Positions 51,782-61,949 of a stretch of 64,000 bases of DNA are shown here, one piece after another. Below the pieces are notes generated by a model, which searched no databases, had not been told where the DNA came from, and worked only from the letters and a program-made list of their open reading frames with translations. Source of the DNA: Pirellulales bacterium (lineage in GTDB: Bacteria; Planctomycetota; Planctomycetia; Pirellulales; JAICIG01); assembly GCA_025927475.1 (NCBI GenBank), contig JAICLL010000003.1, positions 33,857-97,856 of the forward strand, in the 5' to 3' direction. A program made the translations under genes and the position numbers. Each line of letters opens with the position of its first letter. The stretch's first letter is position 1.

Positions 51782-51861
51782 GGCTGTTGCTTGGTACCCA
51801 TGCGTTCTTGTGGTTCGTGGAACGATCGAATTTCAACCTATTCCGCGATCAATCCACTTGA
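51778..51861 (+). pseudogene. Truncated VapC/PIN toxin stub
   Basis: MRLLLGTHAFLWFVE matches the PIN N-terminal LLLDTHxxLW motif with D changed to G; stop after 27 aa. Confidence 0.7.
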
Positions 51862-51926
51862 CAGGTCGGGAGTCGGCCGCTTCAACTCGACATCGGTACG
51901 CATTAGGGGAGCGATCGCCGAATCCG

Positions 51927-52673
51927 ATGGGCATTGACCTTCTTGACATCAACTTTCGTATCGAGCGAGCTTTTCATATCAATTTCTCCGCGGAAGAAAT
52001 GGCCAGTCTCTTCCAGGACCAGGACATCATCGTTGGCGACCTGTATGAGTTCATCCTGCAGAAGCTGCATTTGCACGACTTCGGGCGATACGATGTGCGG
52101 CTGAATGAGGGCCTTTGGTTGGAGATGCAATCCATGCTTCAGGCGGCGAGCGGAGCGCCTTTGGAGCAAATAGAACTCGGTCTCGCTCTGGAAGTTCTCT
52201 TTCCGCGCGAAACTCGCCGCGCCCAATGGAACGCGCTGCGCGAGATATGCCCGCATAAGATTCGCGAGCTCGACTATTCGAGATTCATCCGCGTCTGCGG
52301 CTTTTTGCTGGCCGCGGGCGTGGTGGTGGTCGAGCACGGTCAAATCTGGCAAATTCCCGGCGCCAAATGGTTCTGGCCGTTCTTAGGCTTGTTTGGCGTC
52401 TGGATGGTCAGCGAAACGTATCTGAAGGTGCTGAGCGTTTTCGCCCCGATGCGGAACTGTTTTCCCAAACGCATGAGGACGGTCAAAGACCTGTGCCGAA
52501 ATGTGCTGTCGGCCAACTATGCCGAGATTTGCAAAACTTCCGCGAGCGCATTGGACGAACGCTGCTCGGCGGTTTGGGAACACTTGGTCGAGATCCTGGT
52601 TGACTCGCTTGGCGTCGAGCCCGGCGAAGTGACGTTTCGCAGCCGCCTGATAGCCGATCTCAATGCGTCATGA
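51927..52673 (+). CDS. Membrane protein with split, circularly permuted acyl-carrier-protein-like segments
   Basis: N-terminus resembles ACP helices II-IV, C-terminus resembles ACP helix I plus loop, with two TM helices between. Confidence 0.65.
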   Translation: MGIDLLDINFRIERAFHINFSAEEMASLFQDQDIIVGDLYEFILQKLHLHDFGRYDVRLNEGLWLEMQSMLQAASGAPLEQIELGLALEVLFPRETRRAQWNALREICPHKIRELDYSRFIRVCGFLLAAGVVVVEHGQIWQIPGAKWFWPFLGLFGVWMVSETYLKVLSVFAPMRNCFPKRMRTVKDLCRNVLSANYAEICKTSASALDERCSAVWEHLVEILVDSLGVEPGEVTFRSRLIADLNAS

Positions 52674-52766
52674 TGCGGCCGAGGGCAAATTCTTGCCGCG
52701 GTTGAAAGTTTTTAGTAAAGTCATTTGCTGCTTTATCCCATACCATTCCTCGCGGGACCACCAACC

Positions 52767-54737
52767 ATGAAAGCCGCTCGTCATTGCATGCCGCTGGCCG
52801 GTTCGTTGTTCATCGTCGTGTTCTCGGGCCTTTGGGCGCTGGCCGCCGAGGCCGCCCCGCGCACCTGGACCGACAGCACGGGCAAACACAAGATGAAAGC
52901 CACCTTTGTCTCGCTCGACGACAGCAAGGTGACGCTCGAAAAGGACGATGGCGAGACGATCGAAATCGATCTCAAAAAGCTCTCGAAGGCCGACCAGAAA
53001 TATGTGGCCGACGCCGTCGCCGCAGCCGACGACAGCCCCTTTAAGAGCAAGACCGACAGCCCCTTCAAAGCCGCGCCGCCCAAAACCACACGGCCCAAAA
53101 CCACACGGCCCAAAGCGACTCCGCCGCGCAAGAAGCCCGGCAGCCGCCAAGCCGCCAGCGCCGAACCGGCAAGCACCAGCGAGCCGCGCATCATCGAAGT
53201 CGATTACTCCAGCACCGCGCTGATTACGTTGGCCAACACCGAGACCTGGCAGGTCGAGGCGCCGGAATTCAGCGACACATTCGCCAGCAAGCCAAAAACC
53301 GCGCCGCTGCCGACGAAAACCAATTTCTTCGAAGGACTCAAGGGCATCGCCGTCAATCCGGTGGCTGGCAAGGCCGCCGTCGCTTTCAATTTCGACCAGC
53401 CCAAGCCAACCGGATCGACCCGCGTGGTGCTGTGCGATCTGGCGACCGGGAAAACCACCCCGCCGGCCAGCGCGGCCGTGCAGATGGTTCCGTTGGCCGT
53501 GCATGACGACGGCAAACAGATTGTTATGCGGCGCGACGAGTTTGGGTTTGGCAACCTCGACCGGTTGGAGCTTTGGACGTTGAAAGGCTCACGGCCCGAA
53601 CGCGCAGTCTCGTGGATTCCTTATGCCGACGCCCAGCACGGCGGACGCGACGTGATGTGGGCCGAGTTTCTCGACGAAAATCGCCTGGCCACCTCCAGCC
53701 GCGGCGGCAAAGTGGTCGTTTGGTCATTCCCCGACCTTGAGCCGCTCAGCTCGTTTACGCTGGCCGACGGCGCTGTGCCCGCACTCAGTCCCGATCGCAC
53801 GCAAATCGCCTATTGCAACGGGAAGGAGGTCGGCATCTTCGACGTCACCAGCGGCGAAGTCATTGCGCAGCAGGCCACGCCCGAGAATCTCGTTTTTCCC
53901 AAAATGTTGTTCAGCCCGTCGGGAAAGAAGCTGGCCGCCGTGGGGCGCGACAAGCTGGTGGTTTGGGACGCCGCCAACGGAGGCATGGAACGCTCGATTT
54001 CGCTGGCCGGAATCATTGTGACCGAGGGCAGCGAGTTTCCCGACGACAACTTCGTGCTGGTCAACGGGCACATCTTAATCGACCTGGAGAATCAACTGAA
54101 GCTCTGGACTTATGAGGGGCAGCAAAAAGTGGCTTGCCGCGGCGGTTGGGCGTTTCTCGGCGTCAGCGATGGCGAGCAGAAACCGGGCGCCTTGGTGGCC
54201 GCGCAGCTTCCCCACGCTGCCGCCAAGACCATGCTGAAGCAGGCGCTCACCCAGCCCGATCTGTTTGTGCTGCACTCGGGCAGCACGGTCAAGGTGAACG
54301 TGGACGGCGTGCCCGACTTTGCCGAGCGTGAGCGCGTTCGCAAAGCCCTGACCGACCGCCTGCAGACCATCGACTGCCAGGCCGGCGACAATGGCGCCAT
54401 CGAGCTGGTCGCCACGATGGAAGGACCGAAAGACCGGCAGGTGCGCTACATGTTTGGCGGCGGAGATTACCAGGTGAAGGAATACATTGCGCGGCTGAAA
54501 TTCGTCTATCAGGGCCAGACCGCTTGGGAGCGTTCGGGCTCGAACGTGCCGGGCGTGATGACTCTCAAAAAGGGCGAAAACGTGGCCGACAAGCTGCGCG
54601 CCAGCGAAAAGCCCGACTATGGCTTCTTCGACCACGTGCTGCTGCCGAAGTTCTTGCAAAAGCCCGCCGCAGGCAAAGGCCCCGGCGGATCATTGACACT
54701 CGGTCAATCGTCGGTCACCACCGCCGGGCTGCGTTAA
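52767..54737 (+). CDS. Secreted SHD1-domain / WD40-like beta-propeller protein
   Basis: Signal peptide; SHD1 RTWTDSTGKH..ATF..LEKDDG..LSKADQKYV; linker with DSPFK x2 and PKTTR x2; ALSPDR and FSPSGKKLA blades. Confidence 0.82.
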   Translation: MKAARHCMPLAGSLFIVVFSGLWALAAEAAPRTWTDSTGKHKMKATFVSLDDSKVTLEKDDGETIEIDLKKLSKADQKYVADAVAAADDSPFKSKTDSPFKAAPPKTTRPKTTRPKATPPRKKPGSRQAASAEPASTSEPRIIEVDYSSTALITLANTETWQVEAPEFSDTFASKPKTAPLPTKTNFFEGLKGIAVNPVAGKAAVAFNFDQPKPTGSTRVVLCDLATGKTTPPASAAVQMVPLAVHDDGKQIVMRRDEFGFGNLDRLELWTLKGSRPERAVSWIPYADAQHGGRDVMWAEFLDENRLATSSRGGKVVVWSFPDLEPLSSFTLADGAVPALSPDRTQIAYCNGKEVGIFDVTSGEVIAQQATPENLVFPKMLFSPSGKKLAAVGRDKLVVWDAANGGMERSISLAGIIVTEGSEFPDDNFVLVNGHILIDLENQLKLWTYEGQQKVACRGGWAFLGVSDGEQKPGALVAAQLPHAAAKTMLKQALTQPDLFVLHSGSTVKVNVDGVPDFAERERVRKALTDRLQTIDCQAGDNGAIELVATMEGPKDRQVRYMFGGGDYQVKEYIARLKFVYQGQTAWERSGSNVPGVMTLKKGENVADKLRASEKPDYGFFDHVLLPKFLQKPAAGKGPGGSLTLGQSSVTTAGLR

Positions 54738-54813
54738 GCGCACGCCGACCCTGCTCGGTCTCCACATTAAAACTGGGAATTTGCGCGGGCTGTTTTTGCG
54801 CCGCCTTAACCGT

Positions 54814-54957
54814 CGGTGGCTGGGTCAGAGGCTTGCCGATGCCCCGGCTCGGTCCCGATCGGGCGTCGCTTCGGCCCTCGGTATCGCTTGGTCCCTGCCC
54901 CAGCCACCGGGCAGTGCCCAACTCGTTGTGCCCAACTCGTTGTGCCCAACTCGTTGT
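54814..54957. repeat. Family E inverted doublet plus 3 x 14-bp tandem repeat
   Basis: CGGTGGCTGGGTCAGAGGCTTGCCGATGCCCCGG ... CCCTGCCCCAGCCACCG, then (GTGCCCAACTCGTT)3 at 54914-54955. Confidence 0.75.
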
Positions 54958-54981
54958 TAAAACCGATCGGACGCACCTGCG

Positions 54982-55308
54982 CTACTTCAGCAAAATCGTG
55001 ACCAGCACCGAGGCGTCTTCGATGCCGCGCAAAGCGTGCGTGGCGCCGCCGCCCAGGTAGAGCATCTGCCCTTGGGCCAGGTGATGCTCGGTGCCGTCGG
55101 CGTCGAAAGCAATGCGGCCCTCGAGGCATTGCACGGTGATTTCGCCTTCGACGCGATGCGGCGGCAACAGCTTGCCGCCGGGCAGCACGATGCGAATCAC
55201 TTCCAGCGAATCGGTCTTGACGAGAGTCTGCGTGCGGGTGTCCTTGAGTCGCTCTCCGAGCGGCCGCACGTCAATCACTTCGGCGGATAAGGCATGATGG
55301 ATCGCCAT
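54982..55308 (-). CDS. Cupin-domain protein (QdoI-like)
   Basis: LPPHRVEGEITVQCLEG and HALRGIEDASVLVTIL motifs; GGAGG RBS. Confidence 0.88.
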   Translation of the reverse strand: MAIHHALSAEVIDVRPLGERLKDTRTQTLVKTDSLEVIRIVLPGGKLLPPHRVEGEITVQCLEGRIAFDADGTEHHLAQGQMLYLGGGATHALRGIEDASVLVTILLK

Positions 55309-55333
55309 GTTCTCGTTCCTCCTGGATCATGGG

Positions 55334-55549
55334 TCAGTTCATCGGCAAACCGGTGGTTTCCCACTTGGCCGGGCGGCCGGGCGGCGGCAACTCGACCCAC
55401 ACGGGACCACCACAGGAGCCGCAGTAGCGCAGTTCTTGGGCGCTTTGGCCGGGAAAAAACCCGCCATAGGCCGCCGCACGGGTCACGTCGCGATGTCCGT
55501 GAACCAGGCAATCCAACCGCCGCCGCGAGCGATCCCAATAGCGTGTCAT
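55334..55549 (-). CDS. 71-aa putative zinc-ribbon microprotein
   Basis: GGAGGG RBS; CLVHGH and CGSC metal ligands; 25 nt upstream of the cupin gene on the same strand. Confidence 0.55.
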   Translation of the reverse strand: MTRYWDRSRRRLDCLVHGHRDVTRAAAYGGFFPGQSAQELRYCGSCGGPVWVELPPPGRPAKWETTGLPMN

Positions 55550-55744
55550 CGTTTCCCTCCGTTTGCTGCCCGCACTGCGGAACCGTTGCCACCGGGAGCA
55601 TTTTGTGTGCCTCTGCCGGCTTCGGCCCGAATTATTTATCCGTCACCTGGCGATGGGGCGGATGTAGAATAAAGCGGACGGCGCCGTTGCGCTCGTTGTA
55701 GGCCACTTTGACCTGGCCGAGATCGTCGGTCGGAAGGTTCCCAC

Positions 55745-58700
55745 ATGCTTGGCTTCAGGGTTCAGAATTCAAGGTTCATGCCGTCGCGACCCAGATGGTT
55801 GGCGATCGTCTTGCTTTTGCTCGCGGCCCGCACCGGCGCCGCTGAGACCGCGCAGTCAAAAGCGCGTTTGGCTGCGTTTCAACCGCCGCCGGCCGCGAAG
55901 ACGCCCGATGGCCTGAGCGGCCTGCATTGGACCTTCCGCGACATCGAGATCAACTCGCTGCTGGCCCGGCTCAAACGGTTTGGTGTCGAAGTGCCGGTGC
56001 CCGTTTCGGGGCAAGTGACGGTGCGGCTTTCGGCGGGCGTCACCTCTTGGCGATCCATCCTCCGCACCAGCGCCTATCAGGTTGAAGGGCAAATCGAATC
56101 CGACAAGCTCACGGTCGCCGGATTCGATCTGCACCAATTCGCGGCGCAGATGGTTTACAACGATGGTGCGTTGCAGCTCACTAGCGTGCGGTTTGCGGTG
56201 CCCCGGCCCGGCGGCGGGCAAGGCACGGTTTCCGGCAGCGCACGTGTGCAAGTCCGCCCCCGCGGCGATCTGACCGCCAATGTTTCGATCGAGCGGATTC
56301 CGCTGTCCGAGTTGGCCGAGCTAGCGCCGCAGTTCGCCGGCATGATCGCGGGCGACGCCGGCGGGCATGTCTCGGCCCAAGTCCCCATCGAAAAACTTCG
56401 CGACCTTTCGGCCTGGCAGGGTCAAGCGCATCTGACGCTCGAACAGGTCGCTCTGCCGCGTTTGCCGCCGGCTGAGCTAGTTGCCGACGTGCGCCTCGCC
56501 GCCGGACAAGCCACGCTGAGCAATCTGACGGTCGAGCTCGAGCGACTGCGGCTGACGGGCAGCGGCGCGCTGGCACTGGCCGCGCCGTTTGAATTCTCAT
56601 CGCAATTGCGGCTGAACGCACCCGATCTTGCTTGGCTGGCTAACTTCGATCCGCAGCTTCAACTTCCCTTGACGGTAGGCGGGCAACTGAGCGCCACCGC
56701 CGCGGTGACCGGCAAGATTCAATCGCGCGAGTTCCGTGCCCAAGGCACGCTCGCCGGACGCGGGCTCACGGCCGGCCCGCTGGGCATCGAGCGACTTCAT
56801 GTGCCCTATGACCTGAGCGCGCAGTTGTTACAGTTGAATCCAATCCAAGTGTCGCTCTATGGCGGGCACGTGGCGGCAAGCTTGAAGGTGCCGTTCGATT
56901 CCCACGGTGTGGCGGAGTTCGGTCTTCAATGGCGCGGACTTGACGTCGGGGCGTTGGCCGCGGATGTGATTTCTGGGCCGGCCACAAGGGCCGGGGCTAC
57001 CGCGCAAGCCGAACGCATCGCCGACGCGGGCTGGCAAGGACAAAGCTCGGGCAGCTTGCAATTGCGGGCGCCGCTCGATCGTTTGCGCGATCTCGATGTC
57101 TGGACGGGCCAGGGGCAATTCCGATTGCAAAACGGCGCGGCCTATGGAATGACGCTGCCGCGGGCGTCGCTCGCCTTGCAAGTGGCCGACGGCGCCCTGC
57201 GGCTCGCTTCGATTTCGCTCAACTCATCGCTGGGGCAAGTGACCGGCTCGGCCCGCTTGAAACTGCAAACGCCGTTCGCGTTCGGGGCATCGCTCAGCAT
57301 TGCCAACATCGATCTGGCGCAGGCCAACCGGCTGCCCGAGCGAATTCGCCCGCCGCTGCGCGTGGCGGGTCGGGCCGGAGTTTCGGCCGATCTGCGCGGC
57401 ACACTGCAACCAGTCACGTTCGCGGCGCGCGGCGCGGTGGCTGCCCGCCGTGTGCAAGCCGCGCAGGCCGTGCTCGACCGAGTCGATTTTAATTACGACT
57501 TGGGCGACCAAAAGGCGTCGCTCTCACAAATCGTCGTGATGGGCTATCAAGGCCGCCTGACCGGCTCGGTAGCCGTGGCAACATCCGCCGCGGCAGCCGC
57601 CACGCGCGAGGTTGTCCAAACGTCGTTTCAAGCTGCCGACGCCAATGCTGCCGGCGTCGGTGCTGGCGACGCGACGGTCGCGCTCGCCTGGCAGCGAATG
57701 AACGTGGCCCGGCTGCTGGCCGATCTCAACGTGCTCGAATCTCTGCGCGGCGTGCGCGTCGAGGGTTGGTCGAAAGGCAATGTTAACGCGCAGGCGAGCG
57801 GCCCGCTTACCGACATCAAATCCTGGCAAGTGCAAAGCGATTTGCTGCTTTGGGCGGTGCGGCTCGATCAGTTGACGCTCCGCCGGGCGGCGCTGACGGC
57901 CCGAATGGCCGACGGAAACCTGACGCTCTCCAAGATCGAAGCCGACGAAGGCCCAATGCGGCTGAACGCTTCGGCACACCTGGCACTTTCCGACGCGTCC
58001 GCTTTTGCCGCCAAAGTCAGTCTCCGCCGCGCCGATCTTGCGCTGTTGAATCGCCTGCCGCCGCGGCTGCGCCCGCCGATTGCCATCGTGGGAACGGCCA
58101 GCGTCGCCGCCGACGTGCAGGGCACACTCGACCCGCCCCAGCTCACACAGGGAGACGTCGATGCGTCGCTAGCCGGACTCAGCGCGTTTGGCTGGACCGG
58201 AGCGAGCGCGCGGTTCCAATCGCGCGTCCGCAATGGGACGCTCGAAGTCACGCACTTCCGCGCTCGGCAAAGCCAAACCACTCTCGATGGCGCCGGCCGC
58301 GTTGGGCTGGCCGCTCCCTTCGATTATCAAGCCAGGCTGACCGTCAACGACGTCGATCTGGCGCGGGCCAACACGCTGCCCGAAGCAGTTCGCCCGCCCG
58401 TGCGGTTGGCCGGCGCCTTTGGCTTGGCCGCTTCGGTCGGCGGCACGCTCGAACCGTTGATCGCGACCGGCAAAGCGACCTTCACGGCCCGCGATTTGGA
58501 AGCGGACGGCGCGAAGATCGACCGCGTGACGATCGAGCTGGCGGCCGACAAACACCGGCTCTCCGTATCGCGGCTTGCAATTCAACTTTACGGCGGCCAG
58601 ATTAACGGCTCGGCCACCGTGCCGCTCGACCCCCAAGTCGCCGGGCAGATCGCAGTTTCTTGGAGCGAGATCGATCTCGGGCGGCTGGCCACTGACATCG

Positions 58701-60250
58701 CCCGCCCGCCGGTGCGCTTGAGCGGACCAGTCGGCGGAAAAATGGACGCCGAGATTCCCGCGGGCAAGTTGGCACAAATTGGGGCCTGGAACATCGACGC
58801 CCATTTCGATGCGCCGCAACTGACGGCCGACACCGTGGCGATCGGCCAATTGCAAGGGAGATTGACGTATCACGACGGCGTGGCGCGGTACGACGCGGCG
58901 GGAGAAGCATTGCGGGGCAAGCTACAACTTGCCGGCGTTTGGCAGCCGGTGACGACCGGCGACCGCCCCGATCTGAACGAAGGCCGACTGCAACTTACCA
59001 ACGCGCGATTGGCTGCCTTGGGGCCGCTGCTGCGCGAGCGCGGCGCCGACGACACCCTGTCGGGCACGCTCAGCTTGAACGTCGATTACCGCCACGATCC
59101 CAACACCGGCCAGCCGCTCGGCTCGGGCGATCTGGCACTCAACAACGTGCAATATGAAGGCATCGACCTGCTCGACGAGGTGCGCGGCCAGATCCGCATG
59201 CTGCCCGGCCAGATGGATGTGGCGAATGTCTCGGGCATGGTAGCCGGGGGCCAACTGTTGGGCTCGGCCACCGTCTTTTTGCGACCAGGACGTCGCAGCA
59301 GTTTTTTGCTGGCCATCGACGGCGCCCAGGCGGCCGACGTCCTCAGCCTCTGGCCGCGGCTGGCCGCGCAAACGCAGGGAACGATCGACGCCCAACTGCG
59401 CGGCTTTTTCGGCATGAGGCGAGCGGTTTTCATCAATGGCGCCGCCGCCGTTCGCCAAGGCAGACTCGATGGCATCGAGTTCAGCGGCGCCCGGCTACCG
59501 ATTGCGGGAATGCTCGACCCGGCCAGCGGCACCGGGCAAATTCATCTACACGGCGCTACCGCCCAGGTGGCGATGGGGCGAGTTGTCGGCGACTTCGACA
59601 TCACGCTTACCAGCCTGGGCATCGACCTGAATGGCAAAGGCAAGCTTACCCGTGTTGATTTGCGAACGTTGCTGCGCCGAATGGGCGCCGCACGCCGGCT
59701 CGGCAGCGGCAAAATCAGCGGCAAATACACGCTTGGCGGACGCAACGTGCGTTCGCTCCGCGATCTGACCGGCACGCTCGACGCCGACCTGACCAACGCT
59801 CAGGCCATGTCGTTCCCCGTATTTCAAAGCGTCTTGCCTTACCTGACGGGCGGTGTCTCCGGCTCGACCACGTTTAATTCCGGCGATGTGCGCGCGCGGC
59901 TGGCCGGCGGACTGATTCGGGTCGACGAATTTTCGCTGTCCAGCAACGCCACGCAGATCTATGCGCGTGGCACCGTTTCGCTGGCGGGACGGCTGAATCT
60001 GAACGTGACGGTCAACACCGGGCAATTCAGTCCCAGCACGCGGGCCGTCTCGCTGTTGGCTGCGCGGATCGCGCTCTTCACGGCGCCGCCGGTGGCCCTG
60101 TTGCTGGAGGCCAGTCAGTTCTTGTCGAATCAGGTGATCAATGTCGAAGTGACCGGCAACGTTCGCTCGCCGACGATCCGCATTCGCCCCCTGCCGCTGT
60201 TGGAGCAAGAGGTCATTCAGTTCTTCCTGCTGCAAACGCCGGGCGTGTGA
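55745..60250 (+). CDS. AsmA/TamB-like repeat beta-groove protein
   Basis: N-terminal signal/TM; long amphipathic beta strands; internal repeats (RPPLRVAG, RPPIAIVG, RPPVRLAG); AsmA-like C-terminus (VTGNVRSPTI). The real start may be 55778, after a heptamer array. Confidence 0.8.
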   Translation: MLGFRVQNSRFMPSRPRWLAIVLLLLAARTGAAETAQSKARLAAFQPPPAAKTPDGLSGLHWTFRDIEINSLLARLKRFGVEVPVPVSGQVTVRLSAGVTSWRSILRTSAYQVEGQIESDKLTVAGFDLHQFAAQMVYNDGALQLTSVRFAVPRPGGGQGTVSGSARVQVRPRGDLTANVSIERIPLSELAELAPQFAGMIAGDAGGHVSAQVPIEKLRDLSAWQGQAHLTLEQVALPRLPPAELVADVRLAAGQATLSNLTVELERLRLTGSGALALAAPFEFSSQLRLNAPDLAWLANFDPQLQLPLTVGGQLSATAAVTGKIQSREFRAQGTLAGRGLTAGPLGIERLHVPYDLSAQLLQLNPIQVSLYGGHVAASLKVPFDSHGVAEFGLQWRGLDVGALAADVISGPATRAGATAQAERIADAGWQGQSSGSLQLRAPLDRLRDLDVWTGQGQFRLQNGAAYGMTLPRASLALQVADGALRLASISLNSSLGQVTGSARLKLQTPFAFGASLSIANIDLAQANRLPERIRPPLRVAGRAGVSADLRGTLQPVTFAARGAVAARRVQAAQAVLDRVDFNYDLGDQKASLSQIVVMGYQGRLTGSVAVATSAAAAATREVVQTSFQAADANAAGVGAGDATVALAWQRMNVARLLADLNVLESLRGVRVEGWSKGNVNAQASGPLTDIKSWQVQSDLLLWAVRLDQLTLRRAALTARMADGNLTLSKIEADEGPMRLNASAHLALSDASAFAAKVSLRRADLALLNRLPPRLRPPIAIVGTASVAADVQGTLDPPQLTQGDVDASLAGLSAFGWTGASARFQSRVRNGTLEVTHFRARQSQTTLDGAGRVGLAAPFDYQARLTVNDVDLARANTLPEAVRPPVRLAGAFGLAASVGGTLEPLIATGKATFTARDLEADGAKIDRVTIELAADKHRLSVSRLAIQLYGGQINGSATVPLDPQVAGQIAVSWSEIDLGRLATDIARPPVRLSGPVGGKMDAEIPAGKLAQIGAWNIDAHFDAPQLTADTVAIGQLQGRLTYHDGVARYDAAGEALRGKLQLAGVWQPVTTGDRPDLNEGRLQLTNARLAALGPLLRERGADDTLSGTLSLNVDYRHDPNTGQPLGSGDLALNNVQYEGIDLLDEVRGQIRMLPGQMDVANVSGMVAGGQLLGSATVFLRPGRRSSFLLAIDGAQAADVLSLWPRLAAQTQGTIDAQLRGFFGMRRAVFINGAAAVRQGRLDGIEFSGARLPIAGMLDPASGTGQIHLHGATAQVAMGRVVGDFDITLTSLGIDLNGKGKLTRVDLRTLLRRMGAARRLGSGKISGKYTLGGRNVRSLRDLTGTLDADLTNAQAMSFPVFQSVLPYLTGGVSGSTTFNSGDVRARLAGGLIRVDEFSLSSNATQIYARGTVSLAGRLNLNVTVNTGQFSPSTRAVSLLAARIALFTAPPVALLLEASQFLSNQVINVEVTGNVRSPTIRIRPLPLLEQEVIQFFLLQTPGV

Positions 60251-61229
60251 GCGCAGCCAGCCGCACCTGCGGCACGAAGGCCAGGCTGGCGATCACCATC
60301 AGCAGGGCGAAGTCCAACATGCCAGTCACCGGCGCAAGCGACGCCCACATGATGGCGTTTATCACGAGCAGCAGCGGGCGGGCCAGGCGATGCCAGACGA
60401 GAATCGGAAACGCTCCCTGCCAGAGAACCACCAGGTAAGTCCACAGAGAAATGAGATAAGGATAGGCGTGCAGCCAGGTCAGGTCGATCAGCCGCGACTC
60501 GCTGCGCGCGATCAACAGCCACACGGCGAGGCCCTCCCACCATACCGGACTCGAAAGCTTGCCGATGGCCATCAAGGCGTACACGACGGCCAGGTGTACC
60601 TGAATGAGGCGCAGCGAAACGTTCGCGGCGGCGCTCGTTTCGCCACCCGTCCTGCCGGCAACTGCCGAGCGCCGTCGCTGGGCGAGCCAGCGATCGAGCG
60701 ACCACGCTCTGCCCGCCGGACCGAGACACAGATAGAACACGACGAATGCCAGAATCGGTTCGACTTGCGCTGTAACAACCGGACCGCGATGAAGGTAGGA
60801 GAGCAGCACCACGAGCGCCAGCACCGACGTAACGCGCGTGAAGAGACCGACGGCGAACAGCAACGCGATCGCCAGCGCCGCCGCATGGCCCGCCCGCAGT
60901 TCGTTGGGCGTGTGCAGCAGGTTAAGGAACGACCAGCGGTGGGGGCGCGGCAGCGATTCGCGCACCTGCTGGGCGATCACCTGAGGCAGACTGCCATTGC
61001 GGGCGGGCGTTTCCAGGTTTCCGAGCGTTGCTTGCGGCGCCAGGCCATTGGGACCGAAGTAAGGAACCAGATCGGGCGTGAACGTCGCCAACCAATAGGC
61101 AAGCACCATTCCCGTGCCCAGGCGCACGGCGCCTAGCGTCGAGACATCGGCGGGCGTGAACCAGAAGCGGTTCCAGCCGGCGCCGAACGCATGAATGAGC
61201 GTGCGCAGGTAATCGCCGACAGCCGTCAT
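60213..61229 (-). CDS. HTTM-domain membrane protein (SdpB / vitamin-K carboxylase-like)
   Basis: WNRFWFTP..LGAVR, GLFTRVT, LHRGP, AWSLDRW and LRLIQVHLAVVY..KL..WWEG motifs. Confidence 0.82.
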   Translation of the reverse strand: MTAVGDYLRTLIHAFGAGWNRFWFTPADVSTLGAVRLGTGMVLAYWLATFTPDLVPYFGPNGLAPQATLGNLETPARNGSLPQVIAQQVRESLPRPHRWSFLNLLHTPNELRAGHAAALAIALLFAVGLFTRVTSVLALVVLLSYLHRGPVVTAQVEPILAFVVFYLCLGPAGRAWSLDRWLAQRRRSAVAGRTGGETSAAANVSLRLIQVHLAVVYALMAIGKLSSPVWWEGLAVWLLIARSESRLIDLTWLHAYPYLISLWTYLVVLWQGAFPILVWHRLARPLLLVINAIMWASLAPVTGMLDFALLMVIASLAFVPQVRLAALTRPAFAAGRTE

Positions 61230-61918
61230 TCGGTCAGCCTTCTCTTCGGCGCCGGCGCCACTTCTGCGGCGGCTTCGGTCTTGAGCAGTTGTACCTCGCC
61301 GGCGACGCGCAGAATCTCCGCTTGATAGAGGTCGAACGTCTCAGGCGTTGCCGATTTGCCCGACGCCGCAGCCTCCATGGTGGGCACGGCCTGGCGTCGG
61401 CAACGAATCGTGCCGCCAATCACCGTAGCGCCGCTGGCCTCGGTCTCGGCCACGAAATGCGCGGCAATCGCCTGCGGCAAGAAACTCTCGAGGCTTTTGG
61501 TATCGTCGCCCACCAGATCGGCGGCGACTTCGGCCAGCCGCTGTTCGCGCCGATAGCGTTGATGCGGCCAGAGGTCGCGGCGCGGTAGCATGAATTGTCG
61601 CTGAGTGCCGTCGGCCAAGTTCAAATCGACTTCGACCCGTTGATCGGTGTCTTGGTCCATGCCATAGGTCAGGCCGTAGAGCGGCACATACGCCTGATCC
61701 AGATCGAGAGATTCCAGATAGGGCGCTAACAGCGGCACGCGGGTTCGCAACTGGGCGGCCAAGGGCGAGGGATACCAGTTGGCGAGCACCGCCACCAGCA
61801 CAGCGAACAGATGCACAAACAGCAGGAAGCTCACCGCCGTACGGACCCACTCGGGCGGAAGCTCGGCAGCATTTTCAGCCGCTCGCAGATCGTTGCTGGC
61901 ACGTCGAAGAGAACTCAT
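61226..61918 (-). CDS. Single-TM partner of the HTTM protein (SdpA/DUF5819-like)
   Basis: SFLLFVHLFAVL TM followed by PYLESLDLDQAY; overlaps the HTTM start (ATGA). Confidence 0.6.
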   Translation of the reverse strand: MSSLRRASNDLRAAENAAELPPEWVRTAVSFLLFVHLFAVLVAVLANWYPSPLAAQLRTRVPLLAPYLESLDLDQAYVPLYGLTYGMDQDTDQRVEVDLNLADGTQRQFMLPRRDLWPHQRYRREQRLAEVAADLVGDDTKSLESFLPQAIAAHFVAETEASGATVIGGTIRCRRQAVPTMEAAASGKSATPETFDLYQAEILRVAGEVQLLKTEAAAEVAPAPKRRLTE

Positions 61919-61949
61919 TCCGCTTATTAGCTTAACTCGTTTACTCGGC

